Origin: Sumerlaeia bacterium
GTDB taxonomy: Bacteria; Sumerlaeota; Sumerlaeia; SLMS01; JAHLLQ01
Reading direction: 5' to 3'
Assembly (NCBI GenBank): GCA_040219255.1
Contig: JAVJSW010000012.1
Span: 1 to 64,000 of the forward strand
DNA length: 64,000 bases
The notes under the pieces were generated by a model, which saw nothing but the letters and a program-made list of their open reading frames with translations, searched no databases and had not been told where the DNA came from. Below are positions 7,940 to 17,089 of the stretch, in pieces. The position numbers and the translations under genes are program-made. Position 1 is the first letter of the stretch, and the number at the start of each line of letters is the position of its first letter.

Positions 7940-9023
7940 TGTCAGTCAACGCCCCACGAGCCTCTGGGTCCTGGCGCTCGTCTCGATTTTCCTGGCGGCG
8001 ACGATCTGGATTATCGTCAAGCAGCAGGAAACGGAAACGCGCACCTTCCGCATTCCGGTCGAGATCGAAAATGTTCCCGCCGTGGTCGAGCTGCAATCAC
8101 GCTTCGACCCCGCGCCCATCGAAGCCCGCTTCACCTTTCCCAAGACCCGCGAACGGGATGCCGACGAGACGAACTTCCGCGTGGTGGTGGATGCCAAGTT
8201 CCTGAAGGACCGCTTTCGCCCCGGCGATTTCACCACCATCACGGAGCAAATCCAGCCGAGCCAGATCGTCACGCCGGAGGATTTCCGCTTCCTGGAATTC
8301 CTGCCCGGCTCCTCCACCATCGAACTCAGCGGCCGCCTGCGCACCGCCATGGGTTCGGTGCAGCCGACGATCGTGGGCGAACCGGCGGAGGGCTTCTTCG
8401 TCGACCGGGAACGGATCCTGATCGAGCCCCGCCAGATCGAAGTCGCCGTCAGCCAGCCCGTGTTCCTGGAATCACAGGAAAAGGGCCTGACGCTGCCCAC
8501 CGTGCCCATTCCCGTGGGGGGTCAAAGCGGGGTCGTCTCGGGCAACTACGAGCTGGACTGGAACCTGATGCCAGGCGTGGAACGGATCCCCCGGCGCGAA
8601 TACAGCGCCGTGGAAATCATCGTCCCCCTGCCGGAACGCACCATCACCCGCACCTTCGAGGAAGTGCCGATGACCTACGACCCGGTTCGCGCGGACATCT
8701 ACGCCGTGGTCGAGCCGTCGGTCCTGGGTGTGAAAGTCACCGGTCCGCAGAGCCTTCTGAACCGCCTGACGCCCGGCATGCTGAACCTGGAGACGCGGCG
8801 GTTCATCGACGAAACCCCCGGCAACAAGGTGGAGACGCTGGTCGAGGTGCGCTTCGAAACGGAAAACCCGGCCATGAACCGCCGCATCGAAGACGAAGTT
8901 CGCGTCGAGCTGGACCAGAACACGGTGACGATCCAGTTGTTCTCGCTCGACGAGACGGAACCAGAGGACGACGCCGGGGAAACCACCGGGACCTTGCAGG
9001 CGACGCCCACAGCGGGGCCCTAA
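7923..9023 (+). CDS. cdaR: CdaR/YbbR-like regulator
   Basis: Overlaps cdaA; N-terminal TM (LALVSIFLAATIW); YbbR-like repeats (GEPAEGF, VEPSVLGVKVTGPQS). Confidence 0.8.
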   Translation: MKKPPSVSQRPTSLWVLALVSIFLAATIWIIVKQQETETRTFRIPVEIENVPAVVELQSRFDPAPIEARFTFPKTRERDADETNFRVVVDAKFLKDRFRPGDFTTITEQIQPSQIVTPEDFRFLEFLPGSSTIELSGRLRTAMGSVQPTIVGEPAEGFFVDRERILIEPRQIEVAVSQPVFLESQEKGLTLPTVPIPVGGQSGVVSGNYELDWNLMPGVERIPRREYSAVEIIVPLPERTITRTFEEVPMTYDPVRADIYAVVEPSVLGVKVTGPQSLLNRLTPGMLNLETRRFIDETPGNKVETLVEVRFETENPAMNRRIEDEVRVELDQNTVTIQLFSLDETEPEDDAGETTGTLQATPTAGP

Positions 9024-9035
9024 GGGGAGCGATAC

Positions 9036-10205
9036 GTGCGCATTCTGACGATTTGCGGAGATCACGGCGTGCCCGTTTTCGGCCGCAAGGGCGCCTCGAC
9101 GCATCTGCGCGAGATGATCGCCGCCCTTCGCCGCGCCGGCCACGACGTCGCCCTCGCCGCCGCCGACCTCTCCGGCGACCGCCGCGAGGACGAGGACTTC
9201 CGCACCTTTAAACTCCCCCGCCCCACGGCGAAAATTCTGGGCTTCGATGGGCGCTACATCATCGCCGATCGCTTCTCGGATTCCGTCTTGCGCGAGGCCG
9301 CCGCGCGTTTTCGCCCCGACGCCATCTACGAACGCAGCGCCCTCTACTTCCAAGCCGGCGCCCGCATGGCCCGCGCGTGGAAGCTGCCCCGCATCCTGGA
9401 GGTCAACACGCTCCTGGCCGAGGAAATGAGCACGCGGCTGAAGTTCCCGCGTTTGGCGGCGAAGACCGAAGACCGCCTCCTCCGCGAAGCCCCCGGCATC
9501 GCGGCCATTTCGGGCGTCATGGCCCGGCGTTTGACAGAGGAAAAGGGCGTCGCGGCGGACCGGATCAAGGTCCTGACGATGGCCGTGGACCCGCAGCGAT
9601 TCCAGAATCGAGGTCGGCGGGGCGTGCTCCGGGCCAAGCTGGGCGTCGAGTTCGACACGCCGCTGATCGGCTACATCGGGTCGATGAACCACTATCATCA
9701 ACCGGCCCGGTTCCTGGAACTGGCCCAAGGCGCGCGCGAGGCCGAACGACCCGCCATGTTCGCCATGGTGGGCGGTTCGGGCGCCAAGGTGGAGCGCTAT
9801 CGCGAGGAAGCCGCGGCCTTTACCGGCGCCACCCGTTTTCATGTGGAGGGCCCGGTGCCGCAAGAGGACCTACGCGACTGGATCGAGGCCCTGGACCTCG
9901 TCGTGATTCCCGGCGCGGCGCCCCAATCGACGCCGACGAAAATCTTTGAAGTGGCCGCCATTGGCACGCCCATGCTACTGCCGGAAACCGAGCCCATCCG
10001 CGAGCTTTGCGCCGGAGCGGCGGAGGCGTGCGTCGTGGGCGAGAGCGAGCTGCCCGCCGCACTGGAGCGCTGGTTCGCCGACCGCGCCTGTCTCGCCGAA
10101 CCGGCCCGGCGCCTGGGCGAGCGTGTCCGCGCCGACTATACCTGGGATCATCACGCGCGGGTCGTGGGCGATTGGTTCGCGGCCATGAAGGCGGGCGAGT
10201 CGTGA
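9036..10205 (+). CDS. Glycosyltransferase family 4
   Basis: MRILTI...GASTH...AGHDV; IYER; LEVN; PTKIFEVAAIGTP; YTWD. Confidence 0.88.
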   Translation: MRILTICGDHGVPVFGRKGASTHLREMIAALRRAGHDVALAAADLSGDRREDEDFRTFKLPRPTAKILGFDGRYIIADRFSDSVLREAAARFRPDAIYERSALYFQAGARMARAWKLPRILEVNTLLAEEMSTRLKFPRLAAKTEDRLLREAPGIAAISGVMARRLTEEKGVAADRIKVLTMAVDPQRFQNRGRRGVLRAKLGVEFDTPLIGYIGSMNHYHQPARFLELAQGAREAERPAMFAMVGGSGAKVERYREEAAAFTGATRFHVEGPVPQEDLRDWIEALDLVVIPGAAPQSTPTKIFEVAAIGTPMLLPETEPIRELCAGAAEACVVGESELPAALERWFADRACLAEPARRLGERVRADYTWDHHARVVGDWFAAMKAGES

Positions 10206-11173
10206 TGCAGGGCCAATCACGCCACCGCGTGCTGCTCGCCCTCGTGTTCGCCCTGCTGTGCCTCGTGGGAGGCGCCGCGTCCCAATCCCCCCGGACCGCC
10301 AGCGAACCGGCCCGGGGCGGCCAGGAAATCCGCCCGCTGCGGATTGGTTTCCTAAGGGATGGCGACTTGCCCGAGAGCGCCTTCGCCCGCCTGAAAGCCG
10401 ACTGGTCCGCCGCGGATGGCGAGTTGGCGGAAGCTCTGGCGGCCGACGGCTACGAAGGCATCGCGCTCCTGCCCGTCGATGGGCGGCGCGATTTGCTGCT
10501 GCGGCTGCAAGCCCGCGAGTTCGACGTCGCCTTTGTCCCCGCGCGCACCTGGGCCGAGCAAAGCGCTGGTTACGTGCCCGTGCTCCAGCTCCGCCGGCCC
10601 GGCGATTTCACCAATTCACGCACCGGCGAGGCTTTTCAGCAGGGCGTCGTCCTGCGCCGCCGCGATGCCCCGGGCGCAGACCTGGAGGGCCTGGCGGAGC
10701 TTCGCTGGGCCGTGCTCAACTCCGGCAGCCTCGCTGGCTACGTTCTGCCCATGGCGCGCCTTGGCGGGGAAGGCATCGCTCCGCCGCCCGATGGGTTCCT
10801 GTTCTTCGACTCGAGCGAAGAAGTCACCAAAGCCGTCCTGACCGGACTGGCCGACGTGGGGATTTGTGAGCTGGGCGGTTACCGCGAAACGCTGGTGGCC
10901 GGCGGCTGGAAGCCGGACGCGGTGGATTTGCCTGTCGAGGAAGTGTTGACCACGAACCCGGTGCCCACGGACCCGGTGGTGTTCCATTCCCGGTTGGCCC
11001 CGGGTCGGTCCGAACTGGGGCGGTTGCTGCGGCGCGAGTTGCGCGATTTCGCCGCCCGCGATGGCTTCGGAGCCGTCGGCCTCGTGCCCGCCGATCCGGC
11101 TTCCTACTCCCGGACGACGGGTATTCTGGCGCGTTTCGACGATCCCCTGGCGCAGAGCCCCGCCGAACCATGA
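10205..11173 (+). CDS. PhnD-like periplasmic substrate-binding protein
   Basis: Signal peptide; FDVAF, SGSLAGYVLP, AVLTGLADVG, PVPTDPVV motifs of the phosphonate-binding family. Confidence 0.75.
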   Translation: MQGQSRHRVLLALVFALLCLVGGAASQSPRTASEPARGGQEIRPLRIGFLRDGDLPESAFARLKADWSAADGELAEALAADGYEGIALLPVDGRRDLLLRLQAREFDVAFVPARTWAEQSAGYVPVLQLRRPGDFTNSRTGEAFQQGVVLRRRDAPGADLEGLAELRWAVLNSGSLAGYVLPMARLGGEGIAPPPDGFLFFDSSEEVTKAVLTGLADVGICELGGYRETLVAGGWKPDAVDLPVEEVLTTNPVPTDPVVFHSRLAPGRSELGRLLRRELRDFAARDGFGAVGLVPADPASYSRTTGILARFDDPLAQSPAEP

Positions 11174-12426
11174 GACCCCGCCCCGCCGTCTGGCCCATCG
11201 TGCTCGCCATCGCCATCAGCCTCGCCGCCGTGGGGCTGCTGTGGTGGGTGCGGCTGCGGCTCGTGGCCCAGGAAGAGCGCGCCGTCGAAGCCGCCGTCCG
11301 CGTCTTCGAGCGCACCGGCGCCCTCCTGACTCCGGAGGACGATGCCATCCGGTTCGCCACGGTGGAGTCCCTCGCCGCCAGCATCGTCGACGGGGCCCTC
11401 ATCAACGGCCTCTACGTCACGAAGAACTCGCAGGCGCGGGGCGAGGTCCTGATCGTGCCCTGGGCCTTATCCGCACGGAATTCCGATTGGCGTGCCGACC
11501 TGGCCGATTGGGAGAAACTGCCCGTCGGCGGCGCCGGCGCGCCCGCCGGGTGGCTTTACCTGCGCCTCGACCCCAGCGGGCGCCGCGCCGTGGATGGCGC
11601 CATCGCGGGGTTCGTGCTGCTGCTGGTGGGGAGCTTGACGGCCCTGGTGCTGCGCCAGCGGACCAAGGAGCGCGAGTTGCACTCGGTGACCCTGGAGCTG
11701 GCCACGAGCCAGGACCAGATCATTGGCCTGGAACGGCTTGCCCTGGCGGGTCAGCTCTCGGCGAACATCTTCCACGATATCAAGAAGCCGGTCCTGAACA
11801 TCCGCCACGAAGCCCAGGACGCCATGGAGGACGGCCGCGGCGACGGCGAAATTCTGGGCGCGATCAAGGAGCAGGCCGACGTTTTCATGACGCTGCTGCG
11901 CGATCTTGGCATCGAGAGCTTCGCCAGCCCCCACAGCGACGACGCCGAATTCTGCGACCCGCGCGACATCGCCGAGCGCTCGCTGCGGCTCGTGCGCTAC
12001 GAACGGGAAGCGGTCGAGGTGGACATCGCCGAGGACTTGACGATGCCGCCGCCGCTGATCCTCGCCCCCCCGGTGATGCTGATCCAGGTGCTGAGCAACC
12101 TGTTCCTGAACGCCTTTCAGGCCATGGGCGGCCAGGGCCGCGTGCAAGTCACCATTTCCCAGACCGGCGGCATGGTCGCGTTTCGCGTCGCCGACTCTGG
12201 TCCCGGCATCTCCAGCGCCATCGCCCCCCGCATTTTCGAGCCCTTTCAAACAAGCAAGGGCGACACCGGCGGCTCCGGCCTCGGCCTCGCCATCGGAGCC
12301 CTGATCGCCGAACGGCTCGGCGGCCGGCTGGAACTCGCCGCCGCCAAGGGAAGTCTGGGTGGCGCCGAGTTCCTTCTGAGCCTGCCCGTGGCGGAGCCGG
12401 AGACGGGTGACGTGAGAGAGAATTAA
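11170..12426 (+). CDS. Membrane sensor histidine kinase
   Basis: 2 TM helices; H-box IFHDIKKP; N-box QVLSNLFLNA; DSGPGI, IFEPF, GSGLGL. Confidence 0.93.
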   Translation: MRPRPAVWPIVLAIAISLAAVGLLWWVRLRLVAQEERAVEAAVRVFERTGALLTPEDDAIRFATVESLAASIVDGALINGLYVTKNSQARGEVLIVPWALSARNSDWRADLADWEKLPVGGAGAPAGWLYLRLDPSGRRAVDGAIAGFVLLLVGSLTALVLRQRTKERELHSVTLELATSQDQIIGLERLALAGQLSANIFHDIKKPVLNIRHEAQDAMEDGRGDGEILGAIKEQADVFMTLLRDLGIESFASPHSDDAEFCDPRDIAERSLRLVRYEREAVEVDIAEDLTMPPPLILAPPVMLIQVLSNLFLNAFQAMGGQGRVQVTISQTGGMVAFRVADSGPGISSAIAPRIFEPFQTSKGDTGGSGLGLAIGALIAERLGGRLELAAAKGSLGGAEFLLSLPVAEPETGDVREN

Positions 12427-12427
12427 T

Positions 12428-12660
12428 ATCACCGCTGAGACGCGGGGGACGCAGAGGAAGGGAAACGGTTGTGGGTGCTTGCCTTCGAGGCTTTCTTTGT
12501 TCGGCCGCCATGATTTCAGGGCCCTACTGGACTGATGCTGCTGAAGTTGGGGACTCGCAAGAACCCGAGGGATTCCCTTCATTCCGCCATCGGACTATGC
12601 TTCTCAGTTCAACCTCCCGATTCAGAATCCTCTGCGCCCTCCGCGCCCTCCGCGGTGAAA
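12428..12660. repeat. Inverted pair of repeat arms enclosing a ~170 bp unique spacer
   Basis: ATCACCGCTGAGACGCGGGGGACGCAGAGG (~12428-12457) and CCTCTGCGCCCTCCGCGCCCTCCGCGGTGAAA (12629-12660). Confidence 0.75.
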
Positions 12661-12683
12661 TCCCGGATCGCCAGCCACTCCAC

Positions 12684-13757
12684 TCAATACGGGGGCGCCA
12701 TTCTCCGAAACGCATGGGCCATGACAATGGTCATGAAAACGATGTTTCTCGGCAACAGCCCCGGCCAGGCCAAAGGCATCGGCTCGGCCTCCCCGCCCTG
12801 CGCCTTCGCCTCCAGCCGCTCCCCCAGTTCTCGAATCCAGACCACGGTGCGGGGATATTCCAGGACTCCCGAGAGCCACTCCGCCGGGATGCCCTCGGGA
12901 CCGAGCCGTGCCCCCGAGAGAGCCCCGGCGATGGCCGCGACGGTATCGCAGTCTCCACCGAGCGCACAGCAGCGCCGCATGACGTCGCGGAAATCGTCCG
13001 GCGCTCCGGTAAAGGCCCAGACGGCGGCGGGAACGGTGTGGAACATGTAGCCGGTTGGGCCATGGGGGCAGCCAAGTTCCTCCAGGAAAAACTCGGCGGG
13101 TTCGCATCGCTGAGACACTGCCCTCATCAACGGCTCGACGAACCCCTCGCTCTCATTGGCGAAGCGCGACCCGAGATGCTTCACAAATCGAATGGGATGA
13201 AACTTCGTCTCGGTTTCCCGGCAAAGATACCGCACCCCATCCGCCACCGCCAAGGCGCCCAGTTCAGCCTTGCGATCGGTATGGGTCAGGCGGGTGGATG
13301 CGAGAACGTACTCGCCAAAGGTCTCCCGCCCCGCATTCGCCAAGGCCGCTCCCAGAAGCGCCGCGCGCATGGCGGGACCGTTTCCCGCGCTGCAAACCCC
13401 GGACTTGTGCGGAGGAAATCCGAGCCACAACTTCAGGCAAGCTTTCAACGTGGCTTTGCCCAAACCCGCCGGCAGGCCGGCGAACCACCATCGCAGCCCC
13501 CAGGCGAGGCTCCGGGCGAAGGCCTCCGGATCCTCAAGCCCCGACCGCAGCAGCGCCTGGCCGACCAGGCATGCGTGCTCCGTGTCGTCACTCATCATTC
13601 CCCGGCCAAAGACGAAGGTCAGCCGAGGCTCGGGGCCGAACAGCTTTGCCGCGCGCCGGGGCGAAAGGCCTTCCCGCGGGAGGCCAATACAATCGCCCAC
13701 AAGTTGACCCAAGAGGGCTCCGGTCAGGCGGCCAGGAATGGGTGCGGTCGGAAACAT
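12684..13757 (-). CDS. ADP-ribosylglycohydrolase (DraG/ARH family)
   Basis: GALLG..VGDCIG, MSDDTE, SAGNGPAMR, GGDCDTVAAIAGAL. Confidence 0.93.
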   Translation of the reverse strand: MFPTAPIPGRLTGALLGQLVGDCIGLPREGLSPRRAAKLFGPEPRLTFVFGRGMMSDDTEHACLVGQALLRSGLEDPEAFARSLAWGLRWWFAGLPAGLGKATLKACLKLWLGFPPHKSGVCSAGNGPAMRAALLGAALANAGRETFGEYVLASTRLTHTDRKAELGALAVADGVRYLCRETETKFHPIRFVKHLGSRFANESEGFVEPLMRAVSQRCEPAEFFLEELGCPHGPTGYMFHTVPAAVWAFTGAPDDFRDVMRRCCALGGDCDTVAAIAGALSGARLGPEGIPAEWLSGVLEYPRTVVWIRELGERLEAKAQGGEAEPMPLAWPGLLPRNIVFMTIVMAHAFRRMAPPY

Positions 13758-13875
13758 GGAAAGCGCCCTCTTTCATAGTGTTACTCCCACACTACAAGTC
13801 ACTTGTCAAGCCGCGAGCTGGCTCCACCCGGTCAGCCTGGCCGTCAAGTCACCCCCTCCTCTGCAAATCCGCCCT

Positions 13876-13906
13876 CCTCAGCGCCCTCCGCGCCTCCGCG
13901 TTGAAA
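13876..13906 (-). repeat. Solo repeat arm in the same orientation as 12629-12660
   Basis: CCTCAGCGCCCTCCGCGCCTCCGCGTTGAAA. Confidence 0.7.
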
Positions 13907-13981
13907 TTCCAGATCACCCGCCACCCCCACTCTCGGCTTGTGGGCTTCGCCGCTCTCCCCGATGACTGGCCCCAGCAACGC

Positions 13982-15211
13982 ATGACGCCGGGAGATTCAA
14001 CGCGCCGGGTGCCCAAACGACACTTTCTGTTCTGTAACTACGAGTACCCGCCCATCGGCGGCGGCGGCAGCACCATGTGCCAGCACATGGCCAAGACCCT
14101 TGTGGGCCTTGGACATACGGTCGAGGTCGTGACCGCCGCGTTCAGCGATCTGCCCCGCTTCGAAGACCACGGCGCCCTGACCATCCGCCGCGTTCCGGCG
14201 CTGCGCAAACTGGCGGGACAATCGAATCCGAAGGAAATGCTGAGCTACGCCTTCTCCGCCGCGCCGAGACTCCTGTTTCGCAAGGGGCCCCTCGCCGACA
14301 TCATCGTGTCGTTTCACTCCATCCCGTCGGGCCTGGTGGGTTGGCCGGTGTCGCGGCTGCGCGGCATTCCGCACATTGTGCGCTTTGGCGGAGGCGACGT
14401 CCCCGGCTGGCTGCCCGGCGATCTCGAGCGCATGCACCGGCTGACCCTGCCCATCAACCGCGCCGTGGTCTACTCCGCCGACGCCGCCATCGCCAACAGC
14501 GACGGCCTCCGGAGCCTCGCCCAGAAAGCCTTTCCGAAGAAGGAAATCGAGACGACCTACAACGCCGTCGATACGGGCTTCTACCGCCCCGCGCAGGGCC
14601 CCCGCCCGGACGGCCCGGTGCGGCTGTTCTTCGCCGGACGGATGACATCGCAGAAGGGCATGGACACGTTGCTGGACGCCCTTAACTTCCTGAAAAACCG
14701 CGACTTGCCCGAATGGCGCCTGGACGCCGCGGGCGAGGGACCGATGCTCGAATCCTTCGAAACCCGCGCCCGCGACCACGGCCTCGCGGACCGCGTCGCG
14801 TTTCCCCGCTTCCTCTCGCGCGACAAGGTGCTGGAGGGCTACCAGCGCGCCGACCTGTTCGCCTTTCCGTCGCGCTACGAAGGCATGCCCTGCGTCGTTC
14901 TGGAAGCCATGGCCTGTGGCCTGCCCATCGTCGGCACGCGGATCATGGGCACGGAGCAACTTGTCGCCGACAACGAGAACGGCTTCCTCGTCCCGCCCGA
15001 CCGGCCCGAGGAGTTGGCGGACGTCCTGGCGAAGGTCATCGCCGACAGCGCCCTGCGAGCCCGCCTCGGCCAAAAATCCCGCGAACTCGCCGAAGCCGAA
15101 TGGTCCTGGACCCGGCGCGCGGTGGATTTGTCGGAGTTGGCGGAGCGGGTCATCGAGCGGCATGCGCGGAAGAGAAATCACCACGGAGGCACGGAGGCAC
15201 GGAGGAAGTAG
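13982..15211 (+). CDS. Glycosyltransferase family 4
   Basis: NYEYPPIGGG, FAGRMTSQKG, PSRYEGMPCVVLEAMACGLP. Confidence 0.92.
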   Translation: MTPGDSTRRVPKRHFLFCNYEYPPIGGGGSTMCQHMAKTLVGLGHTVEVVTAAFSDLPRFEDHGALTIRRVPALRKLAGQSNPKEMLSYAFSAAPRLLFRKGPLADIIVSFHSIPSGLVGWPVSRLRGIPHIVRFGGGDVPGWLPGDLERMHRLTLPINRAVVYSADAAIANSDGLRSLAQKAFPKKEIETTYNAVDTGFYRPAQGPRPDGPVRLFFAGRMTSQKGMDTLLDALNFLKNRDLPEWRLDAAGEGPMLESFETRARDHGLADRVAFPRFLSRDKVLEGYQRADLFAFPSRYEGMPCVVLEAMACGLPIVGTRIMGTEQLVADNENGFLVPPDRPEELADVLAKVIADSALRARLGQKSRELAEAEWSWTRRAVDLSELAERVIERHARKRNHHGGTEARRK

Positions 15212-15402
15212 GCGAGAGGCTTTACTGGAGTCGGAACGCCGAACTTTGAACAGTGCATTGTTTTTATTTCAATTTTTATTCCATCTCAGAGTCGTCCGGC
15301 ATATTCTCGGCAACTTGTCGTCTCTGTACGCCTGCTTCCTTCAACCTCACGTAACGTCTTTCCCTTCAACGCTCTCTCCGTGTCTCCGTGCCTCCGTGGT
15401 GA
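15178..15402. repeat. 27-bp near-perfect inverted repeat enclosing a ~170 bp AT-richer spacer
   Basis: TCACCACGGAGGCACGGAGGCACGGAG (15178-15204) versus reverse complement of 15376-15402, one mismatch. Confidence 0.9.
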
Positions 15403-16741
15403 ATTTCATCCCCTGAAAGCGCCCCGCCACGAACCCCCGCGCCTCCTCCGCACTCCGCAGCTCCCCCTCCAGTTGCCGTTCCTGCACCGCCTCCAGGATC
15501 TCCCGGAAGATCGGCCCGGGCTGGAAGCCCATAGCTTTCAGGTCCTGGCCCGTCAGGAGGGGAGGCGGGATGGGGTTTTCCTGTTTTTCGCGCAGCGCCG
15601 CCAGCTCGCCCCGCACCAGGTCGTAGGCGTGCAGCATGCCGTGACTCGACCGGCAGTCGCTCTTGTGGATCGCCAGGTCTTCCTCGATGGTGTCGGCGGC
15701 GAGGAATTTGCGCATCGTCGAGCGGTTCCAGTCCGACGCGTGCATGAAGCGCATGTGGCGCGCCACGACGTCGCTGATCTTGCGGATGTCGTCGTTGCTC
15801 ATGCGCAGGCGCCGGCCGATGTCCTCGGCCATTTCGGCGCCGACGCGTTCGTGGCCGTAGAAGCTGATCTTGCCCGTTTCTAGATCGCGCTCGGCGGTGG
15901 GGGGCTTGCCGACGTCATGCAGCAGCATCGCCCACACGGTGACCGGCGTGCGGACCTCTAAGTTGTCCAGGCACAGCAGCGTATGCACGAACACGTCGCC
16001 TTCGGGATGAAAGCGCCGGCCTTGCTCGACGCCCTTCATGGCGGCGATTTCCGGCAGGAGGCGTTCGAGGAGCCCGCTTTCGTCCATGAGGCGCAAAGCC
16101 CGCGACGGTGTGTCGTCCATCAGGATGCGTGTCAATTCGTCGCGGTGGCGCTCGGGGCTGACGTGCCGGATGTCGGGCGCCATCTCGCGGAGGGCCTCCC
16201 AGGTTTCGGCTTCGATTTCGAAATCGAGCCGCGCGGCGAAGCGAATGGCCCGCAGGAGGCGCAGAGCGTCTTCGGAGAAGCGCTGGCGCGGGTCGCCGAC
16301 GGTGCGCAGCCGCCCCGCCCGTAGGTCGTCCATGCCGCCCACGAGGTCGAGGACTTCGCCGGTCTCCGGGTCCTGGAACAGGGCGTTGATGGTGAAATCG
16401 CGGCGGTGGGCGTCCTGCTCGGCGGTGCCGTAGGTCACCGAGTCGGGGCGGCGGTGATCGGTGTAACTGCCGTCCTGACGAAACGTAGCGACTTCGTAAA
16501 CGTGTTCGCCTTGACGGACGATACACACGCCGAAGGCGGCGCCGACAAGTTTTGTCTTTTCGAAGAGGTGGGCGATGTCTTGGGGGCGGGCATCGGTGGC
16601 GATGTCGATATCTTTCAGCGGCCGCCCCAGCAGCCGATCGCGGACGCAGCCCCCAACCCAGTAGGCCTGGAAGCCTTGACTTTTCATTGTTTGGCAGACG
16701 AGGCGGGCGCCGTCTTCGAGGGCTTGCGGAGTGTCAGACAT
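15347..16741 (-). CDS. cca: CCA-adding tRNA nucleotidyltransferase with HD domain
   Basis: VGGCVRD..LG...KDIDIAT, EVATFR, DAHRRDFTINA, FSEDALRLLRAIRF, HPEGDVFVH, LLHDVGK. Confidence 0.9.
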   Translation of the reverse strand: MSDTPQALEDGARLVCQTMKSQGFQAYWVGGCVRDRLLGRPLKDIDIATDARPQDIAHLFEKTKLVGAAFGVCIVRQGEHVYEVATFRQDGSYTDHRRPDSVTYGTAEQDAHRRDFTINALFQDPETGEVLDLVGGMDDLRAGRLRTVGDPRQRFSEDALRLLRAIRFAARLDFEIEAETWEALREMAPDIRHVSPERHRDELTRILMDDTPSRALRLMDESGLLERLLPEIAAMKGVEQGRRFHPEGDVFVHTLLCLDNLEVRTPVTVWAMLLHDVGKPPTAERDLETGKISFYGHERVGAEMAEDIGRRLRMSNDDIRKISDVVARHMRFMHASDWNRSTMRKFLAADTIEEDLAIHKSDCRSSHGMLHAYDLVRGELAALREKQENPIPPPLLTGQDLKAMGFQPGPIFREILEAVQERQLEGELRSAEEARGFVAGRFQGMKFTTEARRHGESVEGKDVT

Positions 16742-17089
16742 GGAGAACGAACGGGGAAGCCGGAGGTGGAGTCGAGAACATTGGCACAAGGTTTGAGCAG
16801 AGTTTGGGCCGGTTCGGGAAATTGGCCCGCAATCGTGGCGAAACGGCTCACTTTGCCACTGAAGTGTTTTCCGTGGCAAGTCCGGTGGCGTTCATGTTGG
16901 CCTTGCCTCGCCATGGGCGAGCGGCCAAATTCCCCACCCGCTCGCTGGGCGGCCAGCCTTCTTCGCCGAAGGCTGACGATTTGCCATCCGGGGCCGCCGC
17001 CGCCCCCAAGGTTCGTGTGAAGAGTGCGCCCCACCAAAGGGCCCTTCTTGCGCGTGCCACGCACCACACGAGGTTTCGAGACGCGTTTC

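Noticed and set aside
13055-13981. Long N-terminal extensions in the ORF track (GT4 from 13055, treY from 40988, MMPL from 36549, YihY from 32046)
   Set aside because: They overlap neighbouring genes and lack homology; downstream starts were chosen.
16781-16797. Sigma54-like TGGCAC-N5-TTGA upstream of yidC
   Set aside because: The -12 element reads GA rather than GC and there is no other support.
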